Of a DNA stretch of 64,000 bases, positions 48,020 to 58,131 are shown one piece after another. The stretch spans positions 140,816 to 204,815 of the forward strand of contig JAIELQ010000005.1 of assembly GCA_019752815.1 (NCBI GenBank). The letters run 5' to 3'. Position numbers and translations under genes: made by a program. Source of the DNA: Patescibacteria group bacterium (lineage in GTDB: Bacteria; Patescibacteriota; Minisyncoccia; Phycocordibacterales; UBA918). A model generated the notes under the pieces. It worked only from the letters and a program-made list of their open reading frames with translations, was not told the DNA's origin and made no database searches. Every line of letters starts with the position of its first letter. The first letter of the stretch is position 1.

Positions 48020-48856
48020 TTAAATTGTAGCATGAACATTTTTTGAATTATGATTAATCCCACGTTTTGCCCTCAATGCAAAAATACCTACTAATGCATG
48101 TAAAAAGGCATTGCTTAATGGGTAAAACATTAATGGATGCCAAAGTGCATCATGTGTGATGAATGTTACGATTCCCAGTAGTGCGTATGCCAGAGCCCAA
48201 ATAAACCAAGGTGAAGCAGCTTCGGTGTAATCAGAGTTATAGGTTGTGCGAAGTATTGGGTAAAAGGCTGGAAATGTTGATAGGTTAGATAAAAATAAGA
48301 ACAGAACAACAAATGTTTCTTTTGTTTCAATTTCTAAATTTCCGAACAAAATTAAGAACCATATAGAAACATAGCCAATGGTAATTACTATGTCAGAAAC
48401 AAATGAAAACTTGTCATATTTATCATTAGGCCACCAATCTTCTGGCCACCAATTTGTCGGATCATTTTTTCTGGCTCTTACCCAGCATCTATAAGAAACA
48501 ATGATTGCAAATACAGCACAGACTGACGGTAGAATAAGTTCTGGAAAAGTGGCGTCAGTATCCCATTCGAGAATTGTCAGAATGGCGGTACCATAGGCAA
48601 ACATGAACCAGGTAACCGGATTAGGGTCAATGTCTTCATGAAGTATATAAATTAGGTAACCGACGACTTGTAAGATGCCGGCAATAATACCCAGGAGAAG
48701 TAAAATTGAGATACTGCTTAATGCTTCTGTAGAAGAAAGTTTGTAGAACGCATATGTTCCGATACCATACAGCGTTGTAAAGGTAATAAAAAAGTAAACT
48801 AAAAAACGCACCGGAAACTCAAATGCGAAATTAATTACTTTGGCCACTAGGTTCAT
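48020..48856 (-). CDS. Multi-pass membrane protein (PQ-loop-like two-repeat), AT-rich copy
   Basis: PNPVTWFMFAYGTA, WWPEDW, SNLSTFP.F.PILR, PWFIWALAY. Confidence 0.75.
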   Translation of the reverse strand: MNLVAKVINFAFEFPVRFLVYFFITFTTLYGIGTYAFYKLSSTEALSSISILLLLGIIAGILQVVGYLIYILHEDIDPNPVTWFMFAYGTAILTILEWDTDATFPELILPSVCAVFAIIVSYRCWVRARKNDPTNWWPEDWWPNDKYDKFSFVSDIVITIGYVSIWFLILFGNLEIETKETFVVLFLFLSNLSTFPAFYPILRTTYNSDYTEAASPWFIWALAYALLGIVTFITHDALWHPLMFYPLSNAFLHALVGIFALRAKRGINHNSKNVHATI

Positions 48857-48967
48857 TTCTACAGTATAGAGTATTTTATCAATATATTTTGAAATGTGCG
48901 GGGATTTACATATTTAGAAAATAAAAAATTCACCCGACGCCATATTGTTATGGCGTCGGGTGGTGTT

Positions 48968-49744
48968 TTACTCGGCAGGGTTCATTACCGCCGGTTTTGG
49001 TTCTCTTCCGGCAAAGATGGCCATGAGACCATGCATTACGGTGTTGATGACCGGATAGGACATCAGCGCCAAGAATGCATAGAAGCTGACGTCCCAAGTA
49101 AGCGGCGAAGCGCTTATCGGCCAGACCATGCCGTCGCTTCCATGTACCCAGGTGGGTACGAGGAGTAATGCATAGGCCACGGCCCAGATTGTCCACGGAC
49201 GAGCATCCTCTTTTTCCGGATGGGCCCAGGCCTGCCGCAGGATTGGCACGAAGTTCGGAAACGTCGTCAGGTTTGACGCAACCAGGAAGGCAATAACCCA
49301 CCACAGGTGCGTGTTCCCTTCTGTCGTTCCAAACAGAGTGAAGATCCAAAGAACGGTGTAGCAGATGGTCAGCGCGATGTCAGCGGCAAATGCCTTGCCA
49401 TCGGTTTCCTTCCACTCGACTTTCCATTCTTGTGGCCACCACTCCCCCGTCAGACGGAGGTTTGCGCGCCAGATTCCAACTGCCACCCCAATGCCCCCGA
49501 GGGAACAAATGATAGGCAGCAACAGAACACTGAATACATTCATCCACGAAACATCGGCAGCCGCTTCCTTCCACATGGAGTCAAGCTCCATGACGGTCAG
49601 AAGTGCTGTTCCGTACGCGAACATGAACCACGTCAGCGGTTCTGCTTCCTTGCCTTCCTTACGGATGACAAGGATATAGTAAGCGATGTATCCAGCAAGC
49701 TGGAAAATTCCGGCCGCAAGGCCAAAGTAAGTCGCATCGACCAT
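48968..49744 (-). CDS. Multi-pass membrane protein, GC-rich homologue of 48020-48856 (solo cassette)
   Basis: EPLTWFMFAYGTA, WWPQEW, SNLTTFPNFVPILR, PWTIWAVAY; AGGAGG SD; terminator 48924-48964. Confidence 0.8.
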   Translation of the reverse strand: MVDATYFGLAAGIFQLAGYIAYYILVIRKEGKEAEPLTWFMFAYGTALLTVMELDSMWKEAAADVSWMNVFSVLLLPIICSLGGIGVAVGIWRANLRLTGEWWPQEWKVEWKETDGKAFAADIALTICYTVLWIFTLFGTTEGNTHLWWVIAFLVASNLTTFPNFVPILRQAWAHPEKEDARPWTIWAVAYALLLVPTWVHGSDGMVWPISASPLTWDVSFYAFLALMSYPVINTVMHGLMAIFAGREPKPAVMNPAE

Positions 49745-49837
49745 TTCGGCCTCCTATTGTTTTTTGACCAGACTGTCAATACTATAGCATACTTTAACAA
49801 AAAAAGTAAACCCCACACCCCAAAACCTGTTGATAAA

Positions 49838-50320
49838 TTAGTTTTCTATAATAATCACTCTCTCACTTTCAGTTGGTTCCTCAAATGCATCGATTGTTTG
49901 CTGAACTAACTCCCTACTAACTTTTGATCTTGTTGGATTCAGGTTGTTTTCTTCCCAACGTTGCCAAATTGTTTCGGTAGATGTTTTTACATAAATCACC
50001 TTACACTCAACATTGTTAGCTCTTGCTATCGCACGCAGTTTATCCCGACTAGCTACAGTATGATTGGTAGAATCATACAAAACCGACTTCCCTGCTTGTA
50101 GCGCACCAGCTGTCAGCTCATAGGAGGTATTAAATATCACATCCCACTCCTGTGTATCAGGAAGCTTGTTGTCATCCCAGCTAAAACCATTTGATTCAAA
50201 CAGCGAGTCAATACTTATCAGTTCAATATCAGTTTCAGCTACAATTTGTCGAGCAAGATAAGACTTCCCGGAATATGGATGTCCGCATAAGATAAATAGA
50301 GTACATTTTGAGTGCTGCAT
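49838..50320 (-). CDS. P-loop kinase (AAA_33-like)
   Basis: CGHPYSGKS, SID, DSTN...R, FEEP. Confidence 0.85.
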   Translation of the reverse strand: MQHSKCTLFILCGHPYSGKSYLARQIVAETDIELISIDSLFESNGFSWDDNKLPDTQEWDVIFNTSYELTAGALQAGKSVLYDSTNHTVASRDKLRAIARANNVECKVIYVKTSTETIWQRWEENNLNPTRSKVSRELVQQTIDAFEEPTESERVIIIEN

Positions 50321-50338
50321 TTTTTGAAACAGTAAAGT

Positions 50339-51163
50339 CTATTTTAGTTTAGTCGTCTTAACGAATTCTTTAACTTTTTTAACATCAATTCTTTGTTCAA
50401 ATCCTTTTACGTTTCTTTCACCAGCCTTATTTGTGCCTGACTTTAAAGCCGTGCTCACAATTGCTCCATTTGAATTTTCCAATAAACCTTTAATGTTATC
50501 AACGCTCGCTCCACTGCCAACCAAAATTGGGAAATCTTGAATATTCTTACGTAGTTTAGAAACGGTCTCAGCAGTAGGTGCTTGTCCTGTCCAGTCGCCT
50601 GTAACTATTACAGCATCTGCCCCAGCTTTGATTGCTTTTTTACTTGCCGCTTCAAGCGTGTGAGTCGTTATGTGTTTTGAGTGCTTAACTAACACATCAG
50701 CAAATAGAGCGACATTATTTGCTAGATACAGTTTTTGAATCGCTTTAACATGCTTTGGATTTCCTGTGATGACACCACAATATGGTTCAACCGTATCGAC
50801 AAATACTGGAATACGAATAAATTTTAAATCATATGTATGAGCAAGAGCAAAAGCAACCTCATAATCATTCCAAAGGACGCTGGCACCGAGCGGTAATCTT
50901 GTATGTTTTTTTAGCTCGTTTATGAGATAACCCATTGCAATAGCTACTGAGGAATCAATTTTTTCTTTTGAAAGTCCGTAGTTATTCTCAATAAAAATAC
51001 CGTCAACCCCACCTGCTTCAAAGGTCTTTAAGTCAGCAATAGCGTATTTAAGTGCATGCTTGTATCCTGCGAAATCATCAAATCCCAACAGTGGTGGAAA
51101 ATGTAAAGCTCCAATAACTATATTTTTGTCTTTTTTAAAGATTTTTTTAAGAGGGTTTACCAT
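50339..51163 (-). CDS. BtpA/SgcQ family TIM-barrel protein
   Basis: IGALHFPPL, GGVDGIFIEN, ADVLVKH, ADAVIVTG..TG, LVGSG. Confidence 0.88.
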   Translation of the reverse strand: MVNPLKKIFKKDKNIVIGALHFPPLLGFDDFAGYKHALKYAIADLKTFEAGGVDGIFIENNYGLSKEKIDSSVAIAMGYLINELKKHTRLPLGASVLWNDYEVAFALAHTYDLKFIRIPVFVDTVEPYCGVITGNPKHVKAIQKLYLANNVALFADVLVKHSKHITTHTLEAASKKAIKAGADAVIVTGDWTGQAPTAETVSKLRKNIQDFPILVGSGASVDNIKGLLENSNGAIVSTALKSGTNKAGERNVKGFEQRIDVKKVKEFVKTTKLK

Positions 51164-51190
51164 GCTGCACATTATAGCGCATTATTTAAG

Positions 51191-51961
51191 TTACAGCTTT
51201 TGCGCTTTAAATCCGAGAATATCTTTATATCTATTATTTCCAAATAGTATTGGATAAAAGTCTTCTTCTGCGATGATTTCTTCATTTGAGTTTGTTGTAC
51301 AAACGACTTGACCCACATTTATTTGTTTAAAGTTTTCAATTTCTTTAGACAAAACGTAGTCTCCTTCAAAATTCTTTTTAAATGCATCGTACACGTCATA
51401 TACAGAACTTGTTGATACTTCGCGTGGATTAGAAAAAGGATTTTGATTAATTAGTCCGTAACTCATTAGAATAGCAGCTATATCATGAACTGTTGCATTC
51501 ATAACGGATTCACTATCATCTAGCCCGTACTCAAACGCAATGCCAATTTTTGCTTGTGAGACTAGAGCATTGTCGCTCTTGTGTCTCATGATTAATACTT
51601 TTGGAGGAGAAATTAACTCAAGCACTCGTTTAGTCTCTTCATCATATTTTGTAACAATAATCATTGAGTTCTCACCCAAATCAGTTGTTTTTGTAGAATG
51701 TATATCAATCACTAAATCAGCCTGTAAAATTTTTTCAGATAGTTCAAATGCCCTTCTCTCCTCATAATTACCATCCGGTTTACCAGGAAAAACACGATTG
51801 AGATCCCCTTCAGTAAAAGGCACCCCTAGTTCAGAAGCTTTTGGATTACCAACAATAAATTCAACTTGGTTAGGGTACAAGTTTAACTTTCGCAATTCTT
51901 CAATAACCTGAAGTCCAATTCTTTCATGTCCATGAGTCGACCCAATAATTAAAATTTTCAT
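51191..51961 (-). CDS. Succinylglutamate desuccinylase/aspartoacylase family (M14-like)
   Basis: THGHE, DLNRVFPG, YEERRA, IDIHS, FEYG. Confidence 0.88.
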   Translation of the reverse strand: MKILIIGSTHGHERIGLQVIEELRKLNLYPNQVEFIVGNPKASELGVPFTEGDLNRVFPGKPDGNYEERRAFELSEKILQADLVIDIHSTKTTDLGENSMIIVTKYDEETKRVLELISPPKVLIMRHKSDNALVSQAKIGIAFEYGLDDSESVMNATVHDIAAILMSYGLINQNPFSNPREVSTSSVYDVYDAFKKNFEGDYVLSKEIENFKQINVGQVVCTTNSNEEIIAEEDFYPILFGNNRYKDILGFKAQKL

Positions 51962-51983
51962 TTTAGATTTACGTGATTGTAAT

Positions 51984-52469
51984 TTAATTTAAATACAAAA
52001 AGACCATTGGGAGGAGGAGCCACCAGAAGAACCATTCTTTGGGTGAAAACAGTGATGCTATCGGGGTGCCGGGGGTGACGAATTCCGTGACGGGTAAGAC
52101 GTGAAAACTGTAGGCCATAATGAGGATGGTGCCAGCGAGTGCGAGGAGGATTTTTTTGAAGAAACTCTCGAATTTTTTCTCCCGATAGGCGTCGGGCATG
52201 ACGCGGGCAACTAATATTGTGGCGATGGTAGTGAATATGGCAAACAGCACCATCTTCCCTACAGCCAGACTATGTTCGCTCGCGTTATTCGGGAGGAAGG
52301 TGTCGTAGTATGGGAACTCGAGTGAAATCAAGAGCGCCAGGTACAATCCAAAAATGATATTGATGAGGGACTGCCGCCCACGCACAATGGCCCACACGAT
52401 GAAGAATCCAAATACACAAAAGAGGTAGATTAATTCCTGAAGCAGACTAAGAACGTAAGCCGTGTCCAT
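51984..52469 (-). CDS. Hypothetical membrane protein
   Basis: Five hydrophobic segments; start MDTAY follows TAGAAT -10. Confidence 0.7.
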   Translation of the reverse strand: MDTAYVLSLLQELIYLFCVFGFFIVWAIVRGRQSLINIIFGLYLALLISLEFPYYDTFLPNNASEHSLAVGKMVLFAIFTTIATILVARVMPDAYREKKFESFFKKILLALAGTILIMAYSFHVLPVTEFVTPGTPIASLFSPKEWFFWWLLLPMVFLYLN

Positions 52470-52522
52470 GTCTTTATATTCTATACCCCATCCGACAATT
52501 TGTACCACTGAGCTGTGGTGTA

Positions 52523-52549
52523 AATCTTAGGGGTTAAACCCCTAAGATT
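52523..52549. repeat. REP-like palindrome left of RAYT
   Basis: AATCTTAGGGG-TTAAA-CCCCTAAGATT. Confidence 0.85.
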
Positions 52550-52564
52550 GTTATACTTAAATTA

Positions 52565-53188
52565 ATGCCACGAAAAATAATCCCACTTATTACTGGTGAT
52601 ATATATCATGTGTACAATCGGGGTGTAGATAAACGTGAAATTTTTTTAGATAAAGAAGATTACCTCAGATTTTATATATCGTTGGATTTCTTTAATGTTA
52701 TTGAGCCTGTGATAAATTTTGATAGTGCAAAAGTAAGAAAAGATAGAAATCTTAAGGAAGATAAATTAGTTGAAATTCTCGCATATTCCCTGTTACCAAA
52801 TCACTTCCATTTAATATTGCAACAAAATGTAGATAGAGGAATAAGTGAATTTATGAAGCGAATTTCTGGTGGGTATACTAGTTATTTTAATTCAAAACTT
52901 GAGAGATCGGGTTCCTTACTTCAAGGTACATTTAAAAAAGTACCAGTTCAGAGTCAAGAACAATTACAGTATTTAATGGCTTATGTAAATGAAAATCATT
53001 TTGTGCATGGTATAGAAATTAAACGTGAAATTTGTCACTCGAGCTCACTGCACTACCAAGGTCTTAATAAAAGCAAAATAATTAATCAATCAAATGAGAA
53101 GTATAACTTTGAAAGTAATGTACTTCTAGCAAAAGACATCTACCAAAAAAGACGAAGTTTAAAGTACTCAGATTTAATGGAAAACTAA
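52565..53188 (+). mobile_element. REP-associated tyrosine transposase (RAYT, Y1 HUH family)
   Basis: YHVYNRG..K..IF, AYSLLPNHFHLIL (HUH), Y..YFN..R.G.L.QG, AYVNEN; AT-rich; flanked by palindromes. Confidence 0.88.
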
Positions 53189-53215
53189 TCTTAGGGGTTT
53201 AACCCCTAAGATTAG
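53185..53215. repeat. REP-like palindrome right of RAYT (inverted copy)
   Basis: CTAATCTTAGGGG-TTTAA-CCCCTAAGATTAG; loop is the reverse complement of the left loop. Confidence 0.85.
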
Positions 53216-53222
53216 GGCGTTG

Positions 53223-53642
53223 TTAGGTGAGGTTATCTAGGGCGTGTCTGGTGGCGTCTTGGAGGTGTTTGAAACGGTCACCCATTAGTTTGGTGCCACC
53301 AAACCACCTTGTGACACATACGATGCAGTTGGTGACGTCATAGGTCTGCATCACACGTAGTATGACCATGCCGGCGCCGGTTTCGCCGTCGTCTGATTTT
53401 GTTTCGTAGACAGCGCCCTCGTGTGTGATGCGGGCGGCCCAGCTATTGTGGTCGGCTTTTTGATATTGTTTTTTGGATTTTAATTGTTTAAGAAACGCTT
53501 TGATATTGTCACGACCTTCTACCCTGCCAAAGCTTGCACTATATTTACTACCGCGGTCCTCGATGATGTATTCAAACAATTCAAAGGAGCTGGACGGTTG
53601 TTTGCTATCGCCAAAATCAAATGACGTGGATTGTTTGGGCAT
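53223..53642 (-). CDS. YigZ/IMPACT family protein
   Basis: DRGSKY, ADHNSWA, DDGETGAG, VTRWFGGTKL; start MPKQ. Confidence 0.9.
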   Translation of the reverse strand: MPKQSTSFDFGDSKQPSSSFELFEYIIEDRGSKYSASFGRVEGRDNIKAFLKQLKSKKQYQKADHNSWAARITHEGAVYETKSDDGETGAGMVILRVMQTYDVTNCIVCVTRWFGGTKLMGDRFKHLQDATRHALDNLT

Positions 53643-53699
53643 GTTGACAGTATGATACCAAAATTGTAGTGTAAGCAATAGTTTGGGAAAGGAAAGCTA

Positions 53700-53912
53700 A
53701 TGTCACAGTCAGAAACATCTAAGGCTGAGTACAAGAAGTACAATCCTCCGATTATTTTTATCTACCTGTGGCCGACCATTATGACGATGGTGGTGTTTTA
53801 TCTGCTACATTATGATGTAATTGTTGTGCTGTGTATCGGAATTGCTGTATATGGTTTTCTCAATTACCTTCAGTACTTGGCAAATTATATTGTGACTGTG
53901 CTGAAGAAATGA
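53700..53912 (+). CDS. Small 2-TM hypothetical protein (solo cassette)
   Basis: 70 aa; TTGACA-N17-TAGTGT, GGAAAGGA SD, terminator 53916-53946. Confidence 0.6.
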   Translation: MSQSETSKAEYKKYNPPIIFIYLWPTIMTMVVFYLLHYDVIVVLCIGIAVYGFLNYLQYLANYIVTVLKK

Positions 53913-53957
53913 AACAAAAAAGGGCGCCAGCGATTGGTGCCCTTTCTGCTGTCCCTG

Positions 53958-55022
53958 TTAGATTCCTTCAGCGCGGAGTTCCTCGACTAGTTTTTTGGCT
54001 TTTTTGCTGAGGCTCTTTGGATTGGCGATTTCAATTTTGATTAAGAAGTCACCGCGGCGGGTGCCGTCAACGGGGACGCCTTTGCCTTTAATCCGAAGGA
54101 GTTCACCGTGGGCGATGCCGGCTGGAATGTTGACTGATACTTCCCCATCGAGGGTGACGATTTTGTAGGTTGCACCAAGTAAGGCATCGGTTAACTTAAT
54201 TGGTTGCTTGGTGTAGAGGTTGGCACCGTCGCGTTTGATGGTATTGTGGGGTTCTACCTGGACCTTGATGTAGAGGTCGCCGGTTTGGCCGCCTTTGATG
54301 GCTTCACCACGGCCGGTCATGCGGATGACTTCGCCGTTTTGAATACCGGCGGGGACTTTGATTTGAATTTCCTCTTGGGTACGGGCGACACCGGCTCCGG
54401 CACAATTGGTGCAGCGTTCTTTGGGGATCTTGCCGGTACCGTTACAGGTACTACATTCACGTACCGTTGAGAAACTGCCCATGACGGTCTGACGAGCTTC
54501 ATGGATTTTACCGGCACCGTTACAGGTACTGCAGGTGGTGACATCAGTTCCCTTTTTGGCACCACTACCTTCACAGACAGTACAAGTAGCGTTTTTGGTA
54601 ATGAGGACTTTGCGCGTTACACCGAAGATCGATTCTTCGAAGTTGAGGTTAATATCAATCGAGATGTCGCGACCGCGAGATTGTTTGCGGCCACCACCGA
54701 AACCGAAGTTTTCAAAGATATCACTAATATCAAATTCGAAGTTCGCTCCCCCTCCGCCCTGCTGGAAGTCTGCCCAATTGAATCCACCAAAACCGCCACC
54801 TGGTTGACCGCCACCGTTAAATGAGTGGCCGTAGGTGTCGTATTCAGCTTTTTTCTTTTCGTCACCTAACGTGGCGTAGGCTTCGGTAATTTCTTTGTAC
54901 TTGGCCTCATCACCGGTTTTTTTGTCAGGATGGTATTGGGCAGCAAGTTTACGAAATGCCTTTTTTACTTCGTCACGTGAGGCGCCTTTTTGGAGTCCGA
55001 GAACTTGGTAGTAGTCTTTCAT
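53958..55022 (-). CDS. dnaJ: Chaperone DnaJ
   Basis: HPD, G/F region, four CxxCxGxG repeats. Confidence 0.98.
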   Translation of the reverse strand: MKDYYQVLGLQKGASRDEVKKAFRKLAAQYHPDKKTGDEAKYKEITEAYATLGDEKKKAEYDTYGHSFNGGGQPGGGFGGFNWADFQQGGGGANFEFDISDIFENFGFGGGRKQSRGRDISIDINLNFEESIFGVTRKVLITKNATCTVCEGSGAKKGTDVTTCSTCNGAGKIHEARQTVMGSFSTVRECSTCNGTGKIPKERCTNCAGAGVARTQEEIQIKVPAGIQNGEVIRMTGRGEAIKGGQTGDLYIKVQVEPHNTIKRDGANLYTKQPIKLTDALLGATYKIVTLDGEVSVNIPAGIAHGELLRIKGKGVPVDGTRRGDFLIKIEIANPKSLSKKAKKLVEELRAEGI

Positions 55023-55053
55023 AAGATGATGTTTGCAATTATGTCACAAGGAT

Positions 55054-55092
55054 ACAACAATCGCAAAAGCTTTGCTTTTGCGATTGTTGTAA
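55054..55092. terminator. Long perfect hairpin between dnaK and dnaJ
   Basis: TACAACAATCGCAAAAGC-TTT-GCTTTTGCGATTGTTGTA. Confidence 0.7.
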
Positions 55093-55098
55093 TTTGTA

Positions 55099-56988
55099 TT
55101 ACGCGTTCTTTTGATCATCTTCAACATCGGCGTCACGTACATTTCCTTCGGCACTTTCAGTTGGCGTTTCAGTCTTTGGCTCCTCTTGGTGCTTGGCCAT
55201 CTCTTCGCCAATTTTCTGCATAGCGGTACTTAAGGCCTCACTGGCGTTTTTGATAGCTTCAACATCATCTTTGCTCTTGGCTTCGTTCACTGCGGCCATC
55301 TTGGCAGTGACATCATCCTTGATTTCTGGAGGGACTTTGTCACCGTGATCTTTGAGGGCTTTTTCGGCAGTGTACACCATTTGTTCAGCGAGGTTGCGGG
55401 TGTCGATAAGTTCTTTCTTTTTGGCGTCTTCACCGGCATGTTCCTCGGCTTCACGCTTCATGCGTTCGATATCAGCATCAGTGAGCCCTGAAGAGGCTTC
55501 GATTTTAATTGATTGTTCTTTGCCGGTTGATTTGTCTTTGGCGGTTACTTTAAGTACACCGTTACTGTCGACATCAAACACTACTTCAATTTGTGGGACA
55601 CCGCGGGGTGCTGGTGGAATACCATCGAGGACAAATCGTCCGAGTGATTTGTTGTCACTCGCCATTGGGCGTTCACCCTGAGTGATGTGAATTTCAGTTG
55701 ATGTTTGGTTGTCAGCGGCAGTTGAGAATACTTGCTCCTTTTTAGTTGGAATGTGCGTATTTTTCTCGATGAGTTTTGTAGCTACTCCACCCATAGTTTC
55801 GATACCAAGTGATAGTGGAATTACATCAACAAGCGTAATGTCTTGCACATCACCTTGGAAGATACCGGCTTGAATCGCGGCACCAAGAGCCACTACTTCG
55901 TCGGGGTTGATAGTTTTATTTGGTTCTTTGCCAAACAGTTCTTTTACCGCGGCGATAATTGCCGGCATACGGGTTTGTCCACCGACTAAAATTACTTCGT
56001 CGATATCTGCGAGCTTGAGTCCTGAAGCTTCCATGGCGCGCTTGGTAATTTCGATAGATTTGTCGATAAATTCGTGGGCGAGTTCTTCGAGTTTGGCCCG
56101 AGTGAGTTTAATCGCGAGGTGAACTGGTCCGTCGGTACCTTGGGAGATAAACGGAATGTTAACTTCGGTTTCGGCAGTAGTTGAGAGCTCCAATTTTGCC
56201 TTTTCAGCGGCTTCATCGAGTCGTTGGAGGGCAAGCTTGTCTTTACTGAGATCAATGCCGTCTGAGGCCTTAAAGGTGGCAATCAGGTGACGGATGATGG
56301 CTTGGTCAATATCACGACCACCCATGTGCGCGTCTCCGTCGGTTGATTGGACTTCAATCACGTCATCCCCTACTTCGAGCACTGATACGTCAAATGTTCC
56401 ACCACCAAAGTCGTACACGACGATTTTCTCGTCTTTCTTTTTATTAAATCCGTAGGCGAGCGCCGCGGCGGTTGGTTCATTGATGATTCGTTTTACTTCT
56501 AGTCCAGCGATTTTACCCGCGTCTTGGGTGGCTTTACGTTGTGAGTCGTTGAAGTAGGCCGGTACCGTGATAACGGCTTCGGTAATTTTTTCTCCGGTTT
56601 TTGCTTCGGCGTCGGCTTTGAGTTTTGAGAGAATCATCGCGGACACTTCCTCTGGTCGGTATTCTTTTCCGTCCATTACCACAACTGCCCCACCGTCTGT
56701 ACCTTTTTTAATTTCGTACGGAACGATGTTTTTGTCTTTTTGAACTACTTCCTCATCGAAACTGTGTCCCATGAAGCGTTTGATACCGTAGATGGTATTG
56801 GTCGGGTTGGTGACCGCCTGACGCTTGGCAATCTGCCCTACGAGTCGTTCTCCAGTTTTTGAAATAGCGACCACTGATGGTGTGGTGCGAGCGCCCTCAA
56901 TATTTTCAATAATGGTTGGTTCGCCTGCTTCAATAATAGCCATGGCGGAGTTAGTTGTTCCAAGATCGATTCCTAAAATTTTTGCCAT
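55099..56988 (-). CDS. dnaK: Chaperone DnaK
   Basis: [37 protein letters not shown]. Confidence 0.99.
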   Translation of the reverse strand: MAKILGIDLGTTNSAMAIIEAGEPTIIENIEGARTTPSVVAISKTGERLVGQIAKRQAVTNPTNTIYGIKRFMGHSFDEEVVQKDKNIVPYEIKKGTDGGAVVVMDGKEYRPEEVSAMILSKLKADAEAKTGEKITEAVITVPAYFNDSQRKATQDAGKIAGLEVKRIINEPTAAALAYGFNKKKDEKIVVYDFGGGTFDVSVLEVGDDVIEVQSTDGDAHMGGRDIDQAIIRHLIATFKASDGIDLSKDKLALQRLDEAAEKAKLELSTTAETEVNIPFISQGTDGPVHLAIKLTRAKLEELAHEFIDKSIEITKRAMEASGLKLADIDEVILVGGQTRMPAIIAAVKELFGKEPNKTINPDEVVALGAAIQAGIFQGDVQDITLVDVIPLSLGIETMGGVATKLIEKNTHIPTKKEQVFSTAADNQTSTEIHITQGERPMASDNKSLGRFVLDGIPPAPRGVPQIEVVFDVDSNGVLKVTAKDKSTGKEQSIKIEASSGLTDADIERMKREAEEHAGEDAKKKELIDTRNLAEQMVYTAEKALKDHGDKVPPEIKDDVTAKMAAVNEAKSKDDVEAIKNASEALSTAMQKIGEEMAKHQEEPKTETPTESAEGNVRDADVEDDQKNA

Positions 56989-57003
56989 AATAAGTAATGT
57001 AAA

Positions 57004-57612
57004 TTAGCTAGTATATTCTCCTACTGTTACTCGAGCCGGACGAATTAGTTCTTTGTTACCGTCAACGTCAATTTCGTATCCCTGCTGTATAACCGACAGT
57101 ACCTTGTTGTTCTGCGTTTCATCAGTCACTGGCACCTGTGCCAAGGCTTCGTGTCGGTTGTGGTCAAATTCTAGTCCTGTTGGGTCAAACGAGGTAACTT
57201 TATACCCTGATAAAACACTATTGAGTTGCGAGAGAATTCCCTCAACCCCCTTGCGCCATTTCTCGTCTGCTTTGGCCCAGGTTTCTTTATCGAGCATCGC
57301 CAGGTAGAAACTGTCACACAGTGGCAGTAGTTTTTCTACATGACTGATGGTCAGGCGAGCTTTGTCACGGATGCGGTCTTCTTCTAATCGGCGTTTTCCG
57401 TTTAAGAAGTCGGCTTTGCTGCGTTGGAGTTCTTCGAGTAAATTTCGGTTCTTTTCTTCGCTTTCTTTTAACTTCGTCTTTAAGGTTTTTAATTTATTAT
57501 CTTCGTCGTTTTCAATTTCGTACAGTTCAGGGTCATGAGTTTCGGTCGTATCGGTATCGTTGGTGATTTCTAGATCGTCCTGAACTTTGTCTGTATCATT
57601 TTTGTTCACCAT
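57004..57612 (-). CDS. grpE: Nucleotide exchange factor GrpE
   Basis: ADFLN..RR, LLP..D, FDHNRHEA, GY..LIRPARVTV. Confidence 0.95.
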   Translation of the reverse strand: MVNKNDTDKVQDDLEITNDTDTTETHDPELYEIENDEDNKLKTLKTKLKESEEKNRNLLEELQRSKADFLNGKRRLEEDRIRDKARLTISHVEKLLPLCDSFYLAMLDKETWAKADEKWRKGVEGILSQLNSVLSGYKVTSFDPTGLEFDHNRHEALAQVPVTDETQNNKVLSVIQQGYEIDVDGNKELIRPARVTVGEYTS

Positions 57613-57702
57613 GTCAGCATTATAACGCGGAAAAAGAGTGGTGTCAAAAAGAGGGTCACCGTAAGACAGTGACCCTCAGTGAGACTATGTAAATATTTAG
57701 AA

Positions 57703-58131
57703 CTAAAGTATTTTTTTAACTCCCGATTTTTTCTTACTGTCTACAGGTTTTGTTTCGAGCTCAAGTATCTCATTGTAGATAGCCTGAAGGTCTGCAAGGA
57801 TGTTATGGTCTTGCGGTTTCGATTTATATTTGGCTGGGACTCTTGTGTTTACGCTTGCACCAAAGCGTGCGAACAATTGTTCAAAAAATGATGTTTCAAC
57901 TCGTTTCGTACCTGTGTAGTAGGTTGATCCACGCCAGCAGATACCGTCTTCGGTGAAGGTGATGAACCATGAAGTACGTGGTATGGCTACAGGTTTCTGC
58001 AACTTCGCTACTATTTTTAATAGCAAATCAAGTTCACGTATCGTCAAGGTGGGCTGATCTTGAATTGAGGTTATTTTATTGAGACATTTAAATGTCATCG
58101 AATCTTCGGCAGTTGTTTCTGCATGTGCCAT
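57703..58131 (-). CDS. Hypothetical protein (solo cassette)
   Basis: 142 aa; GGAG SD 7 nt before ATG; terminator 57646-57676. Confidence 0.6.
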   Translation of the reverse strand: MAHAETTAEDSMTFKCLNKITSIQDQPTLTIRELDLLLKIVAKLQKPVAIPRTSWFITFTEDGICWRGSTYYTGTKRVETSFFEQLFARFGASVNTRVPAKYKSKPQDHNILADLQAIYNEILELETKPVDSKKKSGVKKIL

